This document shows positions 50,621 to 62,586 of a DNA stretch of 64,000 bases, piece after piece. The stretch spans positions 42,656,001 through 42,720,000 of the forward strand of contig OY740788.1 in assembly GCA_963514005.1 (NCBI GenBank), written 5' to 3'. The notes under the pieces were generated by a model, which saw only the letters and a list, made by a program, of their open reading frames with translations, ran no database searches and had not been told where the DNA came from. A program made the position numbers and the translations under genes. This DNA is from Raja brachyura (lineage: Eukaryota). The first letter of the stretch is position 1. The number at the start of each line of letters is the position of its first letter.

Positions 50621-51524
50621 CTGAGATCTGCTTTGTTATTGCTGGATGGTGGGATTGTCAGTGTAATTATTTTTAGAGTAGTGATATGGATCAAATGGCC
50701 CTCTTCTTTACTTTAAATGTTCTAAGATTATAAAATGCCAGTCAATATTTTGTTTTAATAGATTGATGTCTGCAACAGAATACTTTATATTTGCAATTTC
50801 CAAAGAAAACATGAGGCATAAAATATATTATAGTTCCATCCATCTAAAAAAAAGCTGCAATCATTACATCTTTAAATGTTATATAAATTTATTTACGTTC
50901 TTAACTCAAACAAATTACTGTGCTGAAATAATTAAATAAACCAATAATGGCAATGCCATTGCTTTATTCATCCCAAATTAATTTGAAACTAAAAACAGAA
51001 AACCAAATTTAAAAAATGAAAATGTATTACATGCTATTACACATTTAAGGAAAAAAAAATCCTCTCTGAATTATCTGGTTAATAGTTTATTAGTGCAATT
51101 TAAACTACTTAGCACAATCATTTTAGTAGAATCATTTTTCTACATAAATTTAGTTGGTGAGATCAGTCATGTTCCTCATATCATAGTATAAGTTAATAAG
51201 TTCAAAGATTTATTTCTGTAGCAGACCATGACAAGGAAATTTGCATATTTTTCATCTAGAATGACCATAAAATAATTATGTAATTATTTAGTGCGATTTA
51301 TAATGTTTCAAAGAAATCAGGGATTCTCCTCCCGCAGGAAAATGGCGACCAAGCCTTGTGTTAGCAATAGCTTTATTCACATTCTGAAGCTTCTACTCTG
51401 CAGGCCTCATGGTAAAGAAAAACAACTCACTTTTATTTCCACACCTTTAACACTTTACCTCATTAAAAAAGTTTATATATAATCTAGAAAGGAGTTAAAG
51501 CCTGCTACTGGATTCAGATCAAAG

Positions 51525-51775
51525 CGCAAACTGCTGGGCGCGACTCAGCAAGTCAGGCAGTATCTCTGGAGGGCAGACACAAAATGCTGGAGTAACTCAG
51601 CGGGCCAGGCATCATCTCTGGAGAAAAGGAATAGGTGACGTTTTGGGTTAAGACCCTTCTTCAGACTGATCGCTGGAGGACATGGATAGGTGATGCTTCG
51701 GGTCATGGCCCTTCTTCAGACTGATTGTAGAAGGGAGGGAGAAAACTGGAAAAGGGACGTGGTGGGACAAAGCCC
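51525..51775 (-). mobile_element. Tandem Penelope-derived termini with two hammerhead-like motifs
   Basis: CCCTTCTTCAGACTGA occurs twice (~51654-51669 and ~51709-51724), each preceded by GGTGA(C/T)G(T/C)TT. Confidence 0.75.
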
Positions 51776-54700
51776 ATTTTCAGATGGTACAGGAATATAT
51801 GAGATTTTTTCCACGTGTGGCAAATCTGATATATCGAATGGATTATTGATCATTTAGTTGTTAACATTACAGGTGAATGAATGGTACCTTACTCACCAGA
51901 GAATAAAGTCACATTTAATTGATAACAAACTGATTTAGACCAAATATGATCTGCATTTTATCAAAATGTGAATGTCCTTTCTGTTAAAAAAAAAGTATTT
52001 GAACACCTGTACCTAGTGACTACCTGTTCGTTTGATGACAGGCAAATTAATTGATTTAGCATTAATTAATAGATAGAATAACTATATTTATATTATTTAA
52101 CTCTAATTAATCTGCAAAAAAACAATAAAACTGCTTTAGAGTGAAAACATGGAAAAATTGCAAGAACTGACAAGAAAAAATAGACCGGGAATATTAGTAA
52201 AATCCACAAAAAATCTAAAAAAGAAAAAGATAACTTTTATTGTTTAAGTAATGGATAAGTTACAAGACTTAAAACCACAAAACTATATTTACTGCAAGAA
52301 GAAACAGGTGATTACTCTCTGTAACACAATCAAGAGCTTGCACATCCTTCTAAATAAAAAAGTGAGTTGATTCGTAAACCCAAGGGCAACCCATTCATCC
52401 TGTCCTGTTATCACATTTGCCATAAGGGGAACCCATTAAGAAGGGTGGTCTAAAATCTTAAAGATAAGGCCTTCAGACACCAAGTTACATATGGATCACA
52501 CAAGGAATATCCATTTTACCGAGTATGTTGATGGACTAAAATACCTCACAACAAAACTCAACTATCCAAGATATTTGCTGCTACAAATCAGCAGCTGAGC
52601 TTCACACAGCTTCTACAGTATTTGCTGGATTTATTTTCTAATGTCTGGGCAGAATTGGTCTCCTCTTTCTTCAGCTATATTTCAAATAACATTAAATTAT
52701 ACCATCCTTTGAATATCTGATAACAAGTTGCCTTTTTCTTCTGTTTCTACCTTTTGACCATTCTGCACTTATGCTCTTAATATTGCAGATATTAGTCTTT
52801 GCAGTTTTTGGTAGACCTGGGGAAGGATGAAGGAAACGTAGTAAATGAGGTCCACGTCCATCATTTGGAGACTATCAAAGGCATTCTTAGGAAACCTTTT
52901 GCAACCTCATGTGACTCAATGTGCATTGCCCTTGATGTTAGTGCACTGTATATACAACAGGTTGGCGTTGAAAAACTTCAGTCAACTATCACCACCTGGC
53001 TCCCCAGATTATTTTATCACGTTTTTATAACAGTGCCTAATTTCAAGGGTAAGGAGTCAAATCATATCAATATTTTTAATGGAATACATTTTATAAGGGA
53101 TTGGAACCTGATAACAATTATGCATCTTAGATTAAGTCTACAATTAAATTGATTGTTGCAGTGTGTCCAATGTGCCGACTATTAATTTTACAGTGGCCTT
53201 AAAATAATAAAGTACCTGGTACTCTTATGTGGACCTGTTGCCAAAGACAGTTTGAATGGAAAAGACAAAAAAAAACATTCCTTTCAGTTTTGAGTACAAT
53301 CGCATTGCTACTTCTTCTCTTCAAAGTTTTTCAGATTTGTGCGACACTAAATCAGATTTTTGAGTAATTTTTATTCACAGAAATATAGGATTATTAAGAC
53401 AGAGAAAAGGGCAATTTGGCCCATCAGGGCTATGCCAGCTCTTAAGGAGTAAACCGATCAGTTCTATTCATCTTCTCTGTCCCATGGCTGTAAATAGTTC
53501 AAATAAGCATGACACATGCATGTTCATTCTTGGTATTTCATAATGAAACTCACTGTTAAATGAACTTTTTCACATTCACAATTCCAGCAGTGATGTTTTC
53601 TCCTTAGTTCTTCAAATTCTATTAACAAGCAGTGAGTTTTGTTTCATACACTGGAATATTGCTCTGTTCAAACATGATAATAGGCAAGGTTAATATCCGG
53701 CCGTAACAAAACTGCATACGACATGAGAAACAAATCTAACTCCGACACCGATCGTATAGTTCATGACTAGTTATGCTGTGGGGGTGATATTAATAATAGC
53801 TGGACATATGTTGTCCTTTTGGGCCTGATGATGTAAGAAAATCAATATAGCTTATAAACTAAACCAAATACCACATACGATACCATAAAAATGTCATTGC
53901 TATAAATCCACTTTCAGTACAATTTAAAAATGGATTAATAAACAATTCATTTCAGAATCTGTTGGGCTGATCGATGGCAGTTCTGCGTAGCAATGGTATT
54001 AAATTAAAGAAATGAAAATTAAGTTAAAGGTCCTACATAAGATGGACACTGTCTTTTTTAAGCAGTTTTTCCAAGGATCTATGTGGACAGATTTGCAAAT
54101 ACCACTTATCTACATTAAGGGTCAGAATATCCATCAATTCAGCAGCTGTTTTAGGCTGTCACAACAAAGTCACAGTCTTACATAATCTTAAAACCAAAAT
54201 ACAGATCACATTCCAGTGATCCAATTAAGATAGAAATGCTTGCAATCAGCCAGGAAGCAAGTCCGGCAACAGATTGTAGGCTGTAACATCAATTTCCTAA
54301 GTGCATTTAAAGGATTACAATAGTTTCTTCTGGCATGCTGCAGAAACACCTATCTACAGTACGTACTGCATACCACATTACTGTAATTGGGTACCTGAAT
54401 AAATGCCTCTATTGCAGTAGGAGGTATTGCAAAAACGAGTTGCCAATATTTTTGCATTTGAACTCCATGCCCCGCTATTTGAGTTGCTTCTGCAATTTCT
54501 GCTGTTTATTTCTTCTCTGGCAGTGGCATGCTGTGTAGCTGTAACGTGCACATTGGTGGACAATAATTTCAGCTAATAAAGAACAGCTTGGGAAATAAGC
54601 CTCTTAAGTTGCGTTGACATAGGACTCGCATTCAGTTCAAATCATATCATCCTAAATAACTTAACAGTTGCAGTGCATGATACTGGGCTCCAAAACGTCC

Positions 54701-54939
54701 ATTGTCCGGGTATCACAGATGCTGCTTTGGCTCAAATTTAAACACAATGTGCACATTTTGCTGCTTCCCGTCCCAACCACATTTATTGATGTGAACAGTA
54801 ACTGATGTGCAATGAAGGCAGAATGTGAATGTGATCAGATTGGATATAATTATACAGCTAAACCCTGGTGTTCATTTGGTTGCAGAAAGGCACCCCCACT
54901 TGTTCTAGTTAAATGGAACCCCAATTATTGGAGTGTGGT

Positions 54940-55040
54940 AAAGAAAGACACAAAGTGCTGGAGTAGCTCAGCGGGTCAGGCAGCATCTCTGGTGAAAAAG
55001 GATGGGTGATGTTTGGAGTTGGGACCGTTCTTCAGATTGG
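54940..55040 (-). mobile_element. Penelope-derived terminal fragment
   Basis: GACACAAAGTGCTGGAGTAGCTCAGCGGGTCAGGCAGCATCTCTGG...TTCTTCAGA. Confidence 0.75.
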
Positions 55041-55847
55041 CTGACGGACCCGAAGGAGGGTTTGTGGCAGGGAAATATTATTTAATCGTTGGAGGACTTG
55101 TCAGAGTTGCACAGAGTAACGAAGTGGAAGTTGGGATGGTATCTCAAACAAAGTGTTCGTTAAACAAGGTGCAATTTCAATAAAATAGAAATTCAATTAT
55201 TTCTATCTTACCATTGTCTATTGCCGATCATCTTAGCATTTGCTGGACATCGTTGAAAGAAAACCATTCTAAATATACATTCCAAATCATCTCAAAAAAG
55301 TCCAACTTCAACAAAACTGGTACAAATATCAACTAATTGCCTTAAATGTCATCATATGGAAAAGTTGGGTTGGAAAGAATTGCCTGGTAATAAATGCAGG
55401 TGACAGCTGGAAGCCACATAGCTTACAAAGAGACGGCAGGTGGATTTGGAGGAAGACCACAAGCTGCCCTGTAGGTAAGCAGCCCTTATGTCATGACGGC
55501 AGCTATTTGGACTGTCTGGTTAACTGGCTGCAACAAAAGGCACTGGAGATTCTAGGATCATAAATGTCGTCACCGACTGGTGAGCAGTTAATTCATGATC
55601 CACAAAGACATTGTCATTCCCCCAAAGTAGCCTTTCTGTCATCTCTGGAGGTTAGATTGCTGAACTGTTGTGTCTCGCCACCCCCATCCTCCCATCCCAA
55701 GATCACATTGAGCCCTGTGCTCTGGTTATGGGGGAATACTTACACTGCAGATCGATTCTGCTTCTCCTGCTATGGGAGCTGAGACATTGACCACAGGTCA
55801 CATCATGATAAATAAGCATGGAACAGCTGTGACCACCATCTCTGCAC

Positions 55848-56125
55848 TTTAGTTTAGAGATACAGCATGGAAGCAGGCCCTTTGGCATATCGAGTCCACG
55901 CCAAACATCAATCACCTGTACACTAGTTCTATCCTACTCACTAATGACAATTTACAGAAACCAATTAACCCACAAACCTGTGCGTCTTTGTAATGCGAGA
56001 GAAAACCGGAGGACCCGGAGAAAACCCACGCGGCCACAGGGAGATCGTAAAACTCCGTACAGATAGCACCCGTAGTCAGGATCGAACCCAAGTCTCTGGC
56101 GATGTTAGGTGCCACTTTGCCTCCC
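55848..56125 (-). mobile_element. V-SINE (HE1-like)
   Basis: TTTAGTTTAGAGATACAGCATGGAAGCAGGCCC tail, V-domain, and GTCAGGATCGAACCC. Confidence 0.85.
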
Positions 56126-57494
56126 TTGAAGGGATGGGTCCTGGATTCCATGCAAATCTCTGAGCATGGCGAGAGTTGTATGTTTCCCTTCCACCTTCAG
56201 AACACATACAGCGTATCTGGCAGGCCTGCTACTGTGTCAAGGAGGTCATTTGAGTATCCACCAATTTTATAGCTATCCATACTGTGTTGAGGTATACGCT
56301 GGTATACATTTATAATAACAGGATTATTAATTAAACCCGTCGTTGTGTGAGGAAAATAATATTTTTAACAAAGGGAGAGGAGGTTGAACAAAAACATTAA
56401 ACTCCCTATAAATAAAGGAGTGGGGTCTGAAATGTTTATTTTCTTCTTTCGGAGGAACTTTTCATCAAGCTAACTCTGAGGAGAGGAATCTCTATTGCCT
56501 TTGTGGGCTTTGAGGCAAAGTGAATTTAGGAAACCTAATTTCTGTTCTGATCTTTTGCAAGTCCACAGCAGAAAAGTGGCCATAATCTGCAGCTTATCAC
56601 TATTAAGTTGACCAAAATTGGTAATATGGAAGGTCAAGAAGATCGCTGCAAAACATGGAATAATTCATTATGCGGAAGAGAATGTTGTCTGCAGTTTGGT
56701 AGCAAAACAGCAGGGCTGAAAAATTCAATCAAGTAAAGGACGATTTTTTGTGCTATGCAATTGCAACACAGCAACAATTGCTAAACGGTTTAGTCGTGAG
56801 CAAATGGTGTGTTTTGATCACACACAAAGATGCGCAGTCAAAACGCACGTGTTCATCCTGGCAAACCAATCAAATGAGCAAATAACAGTGTGTGAGCACA
56901 GCTCTGGACTTCCAGGACCCTGATTCTGACTGCACTATCTCATTGTGAGTGGCAACAGTCTGGGCAAATTGACTGTAGGACTTGCAGCTTTGGGAACATA
57001 TGTGCCATTACCTTGAGAGGAGAGAGCCAGGTTGCATTCCACTGGTGCTCTTTGGCATTCTCCAAGGCTTTCAGGTGGATGGTTCAGTGCCCCAAGCATC
57101 TCTATTTGAAGGCTCATCAATCTCAATCTGTAGGTTGCCCCAAAGTGGGACTCATCTGATTCTTAAATATCAGAACTGGAATGTGACCTTGTCCCTGTGG
57201 GAACCACCATACAAGCTACCTTCTCTTCTGCATTGTCTGCCATCCACTCATGCATGGTGATATATTCATTTCGGGTGATTTACCACATGCAGCCTCTGCC
57301 TCAACCTGTCCTCTATATTCAATCAGTCAGGATCCGAGATGGTGGATGCAAATTGTGGATGTACTGAATGTGGGATTCACTTCCTCCTCCAAAAACCACA
57401 GCTCTGCTGCCAGGGTTGGACAGCTCCTACATCTTGAGTATTCAAAGTGAGAAGAAGGGTAAAAATAGATGGTGGAACAGGCAGGCAGGAGTGT

Positions 57495-57808
57495 TAGATG
57501 CAGGATAAATGGTCCCCATGTTGGGGGAATCCAGAACCAGGGATTACAGTTTAAGAATAAAGGGTAGGCCATTTAGGACTGAGGTGAGGAAAAATAAAAT
57601 GTCACCCAGAGTTGTGCATCTGTGGAATTCTCTGCCACAGAAAGCAATGGAGGTCAACTCACTGGATGTTTTCAAGAGAGAGTTACAGGTAGATTTAGCT
57701 CATAGGGCTAACGGAATCAAGGGATATGGGGAAAAACCAGGAACGGGTTACTGATTTTGGATGATCAGCCATGGCCGAATGACCTACTCCTGCGCCTATT
57801 TTCTATGT
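57495..57808 (+). mobile_element. CR1/HER1 3' end
   Basis: PMLGESRTRDYSLRIKGRPFRTEVRK...LWNSLPQKAME...GIKGYGEKPGTGY* followed by 3'UTR. Confidence 0.92.
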
Positions 57809-58313
57809 ATACTTGAATCAAGTAGATCTCATAAACCCAAAATGAATTGTGGGATTAGGGGAGTGTAGGGTATGAGGGGGATTAAATAAGAGCATACTGT
57901 GATCCTCAATATTATTCAAAGTGAAAACTGAGCCCATGGCCACTACACTCTTTGCCAAATAAAAGGGCCTATGACCATGATAAGTTTCCCAACCCCATAC
58001 ATGGTGTTGCAGTCTGTGGTTGCAAGCAACCTTGCCCTGCAAGAGAGAAGGGAAAGTATTAGTGACTGTGCTACAATGTGCTCCTGTGATATACCTAGCA
58101 AGAATGACTAATGGTAGGTGTGGTTAAGATGAGAGATGTATGTAAATGTACCAAAATAGTGGCCAAGTGTCTGAGTGTTCATTTAGTGAGAAATTCACAT
58201 TTAATGGAGGAAATTTGTTGCTAATTTCATTGTTCTTAACCAAGCACAAGGTTATTTTAAAAAACTAGTGGCACTTTGAATACTATTGAGGATCACAGTA
58301 TGCTCTTACTTAA

Positions 58314-58409
58314 GATAGACACAAAATGCTGGAGTAACTCTGGCAGCATCCCTGGATAGAAGGAGTAGATGACGTTTCGGATCGAGACCCGTCTTCAGAC
58401 CAAGATTGT
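58314..58409 (-). mobile_element. Short Penelope-derived insertion with 10-bp TSD and best-preserved hammerhead core
   Basis: TCTTACTTAA duplicated at 58304-58313 and 58410-58419. Confidence 0.8.
58368..58401 (-). ncRNA. Minimal type-I hammerhead-ribozyme-like motif
   Basis: GGU CUGAAGA C GGGUC UC GAUCC GAAAC GUC AUC. Catalytic boxes are intact, stem II has 5 bp (one G-U), the palindromic ACGU replaces stem III, and stem I has 3 bp. Activity untested. Confidence 0.55.
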
Positions 58410-59919
58410 TCTTACTTAATCCTTCACACATCCTATTTTCCCCCTCATCCCCAGGGCATCTTTGCAAGCTGCGATCTCTCTGACATGTTCTCCCACTGTA
58501 GCTTTATTTCAGTCCTCAGTGGCTTCTAGGACCATCTCAGCTGCAGGACTTCCAATCTCTTCCACCAGGTTCTCGAGGATTGGCATCTGTGAGTAGGGGT
58601 CTGGTGTATGTACAGCTATCAAGTGAAAATTTCATTGTTCCCTTGAGGGACATATGACAATAAAACACTCTTGACTATTTTTCAAGCTACACATTAACCA
58701 AGCAGTCGTCGGATACAGTAGCTGATTTCAGTTTAAGAGGTGCAGGCAACACGTCAGCCTGTTTGGGTTAGTTTCAGCTGAATGCACAGGGCTCCTAGGC
58801 ATGCTAATAGGGGAATCTTCACAATCAGTACCTTCTAAGTGCATAAGGTGCATGGAAGTGATTCACACAATCAAGGCACTAGAACAAACTGGCACATATT
58901 ACTATTTTAGCACATTTGAATCTTGAGGGGACCTTTTTTTTAAAAAATCTGCTCATACTGATTTTGAGTGCTTGGAACAGACAATTAATGTCCTTGGTTT
59001 GCAGCTGTACCCCTTAATAGCCATAAGCATGACATCAGAATAAAGGTTAAGACAAGTTTTGAATGTATATAACATATAGGTGCAGCATTATCTGATCCCT
59101 CGGAAACGGTATCCTTAACTATTCTTTAATTAGAAATAAAGTCAAGGTTAAATTGTCTTACAAGGTACTTAATAGTTAACTAACTCATGTTTGCCAGTTC
59201 TGTTTGGAAATAAGATTATTGAAGGATATGGAGCAAGGAAGGAATCAGGGATTAAAACAATAGATCGTTTGTGGTTCGTAAATTGAAGGAAAGGGCTTAG
59301 TTGGTCAAATAGTCATCTTTTATACGTAAGATTTTATACGTAATTAATTTTCCTTGCCAACATTTGTTTGTTTTTGCTGCTTGCATTCCATTTCCAATGG
59401 ATCATCAATGCACTTTCTTTGTTTGATAAAATACTACATCTATGACTATTCAGGGTCTTGGATATGCCAAGCATTATCTTTGTTTTCTTCTGTGGGAAGT
59501 TAGCTTTGTTTTGATTTTATATTTCTTGATGAGGTTGTTTTGTGTGTAAACATTATCTTTATGACTTTTTCATTTGAGAATATAGCTCATCTCATGAGGG
59601 TGACTCAAACGCACCAATCCTCCTGGAATTAATTTACCCACAATATTTAGCAGAATACATAATTCATGATTTTGCTTCTAATTTGCAGGGAACCTCTCTA
59701 GGAAGCATTAACAGGTTGGGGAATGCAGCAAAGGTTTATCAAAGGGACCAAGGATTGGCGAGTCAAGAATCTGACTCAGAAAGAACCCTCTAAAAAAAAA
59801 TCAATGTTGATGCCAGAGCAAAATGAAATGTGAAAAATATGTTTTATTCCTCACTGTTTTCCCATTATAAATTAAATGAGTAAGAATTCCTGTGGGTTAA
59901 ATTGATTTTAGCAGTAGTT

Positions 59920-60165
59920 CATAGGTCCATAAGTAATAGGAGCAGAATTAGGCCATTCGGCCCATTAAGTCTACTCCGTCATTCAATCATGGTTAATCAA
60001 TATTTCCCTCTCAACCCCATTCTCTTGCCTGACACTCTTACAAATCAAGCATCTGTGAATCTCTACCTTAAAAATATCCATCAGTGGCCTCACAGCCGTC
60101 TATAGCAACAAATTCCACACATTCACTACCATCCGACTATAGAAATTCCTCTCCATATCCTTTTT
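59920..60165 (-). mobile_element. CR1 3' fragment
   Basis: GGAGCAGAATTAGGCCATTCGGCCCAT...CCTTAAAAATATCCA..AATTCCACACATTCACTACC. Confidence 0.8.
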
Positions 60166-61204
60166 GATTGCTTGTAGTACAAAGTGATCACAAATTTTAC
60201 TCCCCACCTGATCTTGTTCTGTATTACCGTCTATGAGTAAAGATGCTAAACAGGTAAATTAGCTTCACCCATTCACTGTAGTTACTTTGTAAAGTCTACT
60301 CCTTTTTTATACTTCTGCCCGCACTAAAAGACACGGGGCATTGAACTGGAACATGGGTAAATCACGTGTTCAAACACAATTGTTTTCCTAGGGTATTTTT
60401 CTAGGACTACGTTTATGATTTTGAATATGGCCTTTTCTATTGCTGTTCATCATTAAGTTGCAGTTACCACATTGTTTTGTTCCTGGAGTCCGCAGAAGGA
60501 TCAATTTTAAACATTCGATCATCTGTTGCAGCCCCAGCCAAACTTTTGACTGTCCAGCCGTATCTCTCCACTGATGACAACGATGGGCTCCGTCTAGAAG
60601 TTAGCCAACCTCAACAAGCCCACTGGTCTATTTTTCCAGTGGTTCATCATTTATGTTAATGATATCGCTCCTCTGCCTAATGCCATCAACAAAATTCATT
60701 GACCACTCCTGATTAATAGCTTCATTAATGTTGATTGGTGCAGCTCCCATTTTAAAGGCAAAATATTAAACATGCTACTTTAGTCTCAAATGATACAGAC
60801 ATCTGAAGAAAACTGTATCTTATGGAAAATAAAAGCTTGGCATTCATCCATACATGTGATTACAATGGATAGAATAACCAAATGCTTTTGGATTTAGTTG
60901 GTAATGAATTGAAAAGAGAGCACATTTAACTAATAGTGCAGTGATTAAAGACATTTACAAAACATAAAATTCTAGTGAAGTATTGAATAGTAATAAAATT
61001 AAATGTTACTTTTCAGATGTACTATCACTTATTTAATGCTGTGCTCAGAATTAAAATAATATAAATACGACTAAGCCTCCTTTCAGTTTTGAAAACATTG
61101 ACAGGCATCAGTTACCTAAATGTCTAAATATCGTATAAAAGTACCAGTGCAGGAGAAATACCTTGACTTGCCAAACTTGCATACATTATCCACATAGAGC
61201 CACT

Positions 61205-61350
61205 GGTAACGAAATCAAGAGATATGGGGAAAAAAAGTAGGAACAGGGTACTGATTTTGGATGATCAGCCATGATCATATTGAATGGCGGTGCTGGCACG
61301 AAAGGCTGATGGCCTACTCCTGCACCTATTTTCTATGTTTTAATGTTTCT
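61205..61350 (+). mobile_element. CR1 3'UTR fragment
   Basis: GATATGGGGA...GGATGATCAGCCATGATCATATTGAATGGCGG...CCTACTCCTGCACCTATTTTCTATG. Confidence 0.85.
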
Positions 61351-62586
61351 AGAGCCATTATTGAAAATGCACTTATATATGTGTGGCATGTCACTGTTCC
61401 TTTTTAAATTTGTTGAACAAAAACACAGACAGCAGACTCCAAGTAGTTGACCTTATCAAAAGTGACTGGTCTTGTGCACCTAATGGCAAAACATGAATGT
61501 TGCGCAAAAATATAGTTCAAAATATTATCACTGAATTTGTGGAATTGCTTTCAAATACTGATAGGAAAAGCACACTGATAGCATTCAGAGCCTCGATGCA
61601 ATTAACGCACTTATCAAATATATAAATAAAATCCCATTTTTCCAATGCACTTATCTAAAATAAACTGTTTTACAATACATGCTTGGAACAGATCAAAAGG
61701 ATGCACTTTACTACTCACTTGTTCTCGTTATCACTGGAATGTTAGTTTTAATTTAAGTATCAAAAGGTTTATCCAATACGTAAAAGAATATAAAGTTCTG
61801 ATAAGGTTTATACTGGAAGCCAAATGACTGAAAAAAATGTTAAAGTATAAAATTCCAACATTTTCTGAAACAGAAGTATAATCTCCATAAATCTGTATAT
61901 ATTTTATGGAATTAATTAAAAAATATATTGGCAGGCATCATTCTAAGAAAAACAGAGCTTCTTGATAAAATTCTAAGTGTTACAAAAACGTACCAGCGTG
62001 CAATTACTAAGAACATTTTTACTCATAAGAATGCAACATGGAATTGGTTATATTCTGTCATGAAAGCGATTCATTCCGGAAAGTGCTTCAGTATTTTGGT
62101 AAGTTAGTTCCCAATATTGATGGAACAATATAGACAACAGAAACCGGCAAGGTGGACAGCAGTCCATCCAATTCACGTGCAATCATTTTGTGTTTTATTT
62201 GTACATTTCTTATTCACAATTTGCTCAGAGTTAAAGAGACACACATGAAAATGTATTTTGTTCAACTAAGTTATATTTAAAAATTCTCAGAGTTTAAAAT
62301 AAGCCATCAGAAGAAAGTGATCAGTTGGAAATACCCCCTGGAAAGTTAATAGTAAACCAATACATTAAAGTAAATCTCATATAGACTCGAGCTGAAAGTT
62401 TAACATCGGTTCTCTTTTCAAGGACAGTGCATGGACAATGTTGAAATTTGAAAAGTTCAGTTCTTTACTTCAACTGACTATATTCTTAGGTAGCGTAATT
62501 TTAATGGTTTAGATTTAGGAGCACGGAAGACTTGCTGAAATTAAAAAGTCACAATCCATTATGGTCAGAGTCATAACATCAGTTTA

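Noticed and set aside
52799-53152. 117-aa ORF
   Set aside because: TTG start, no recognisable family and no supported splice sites.
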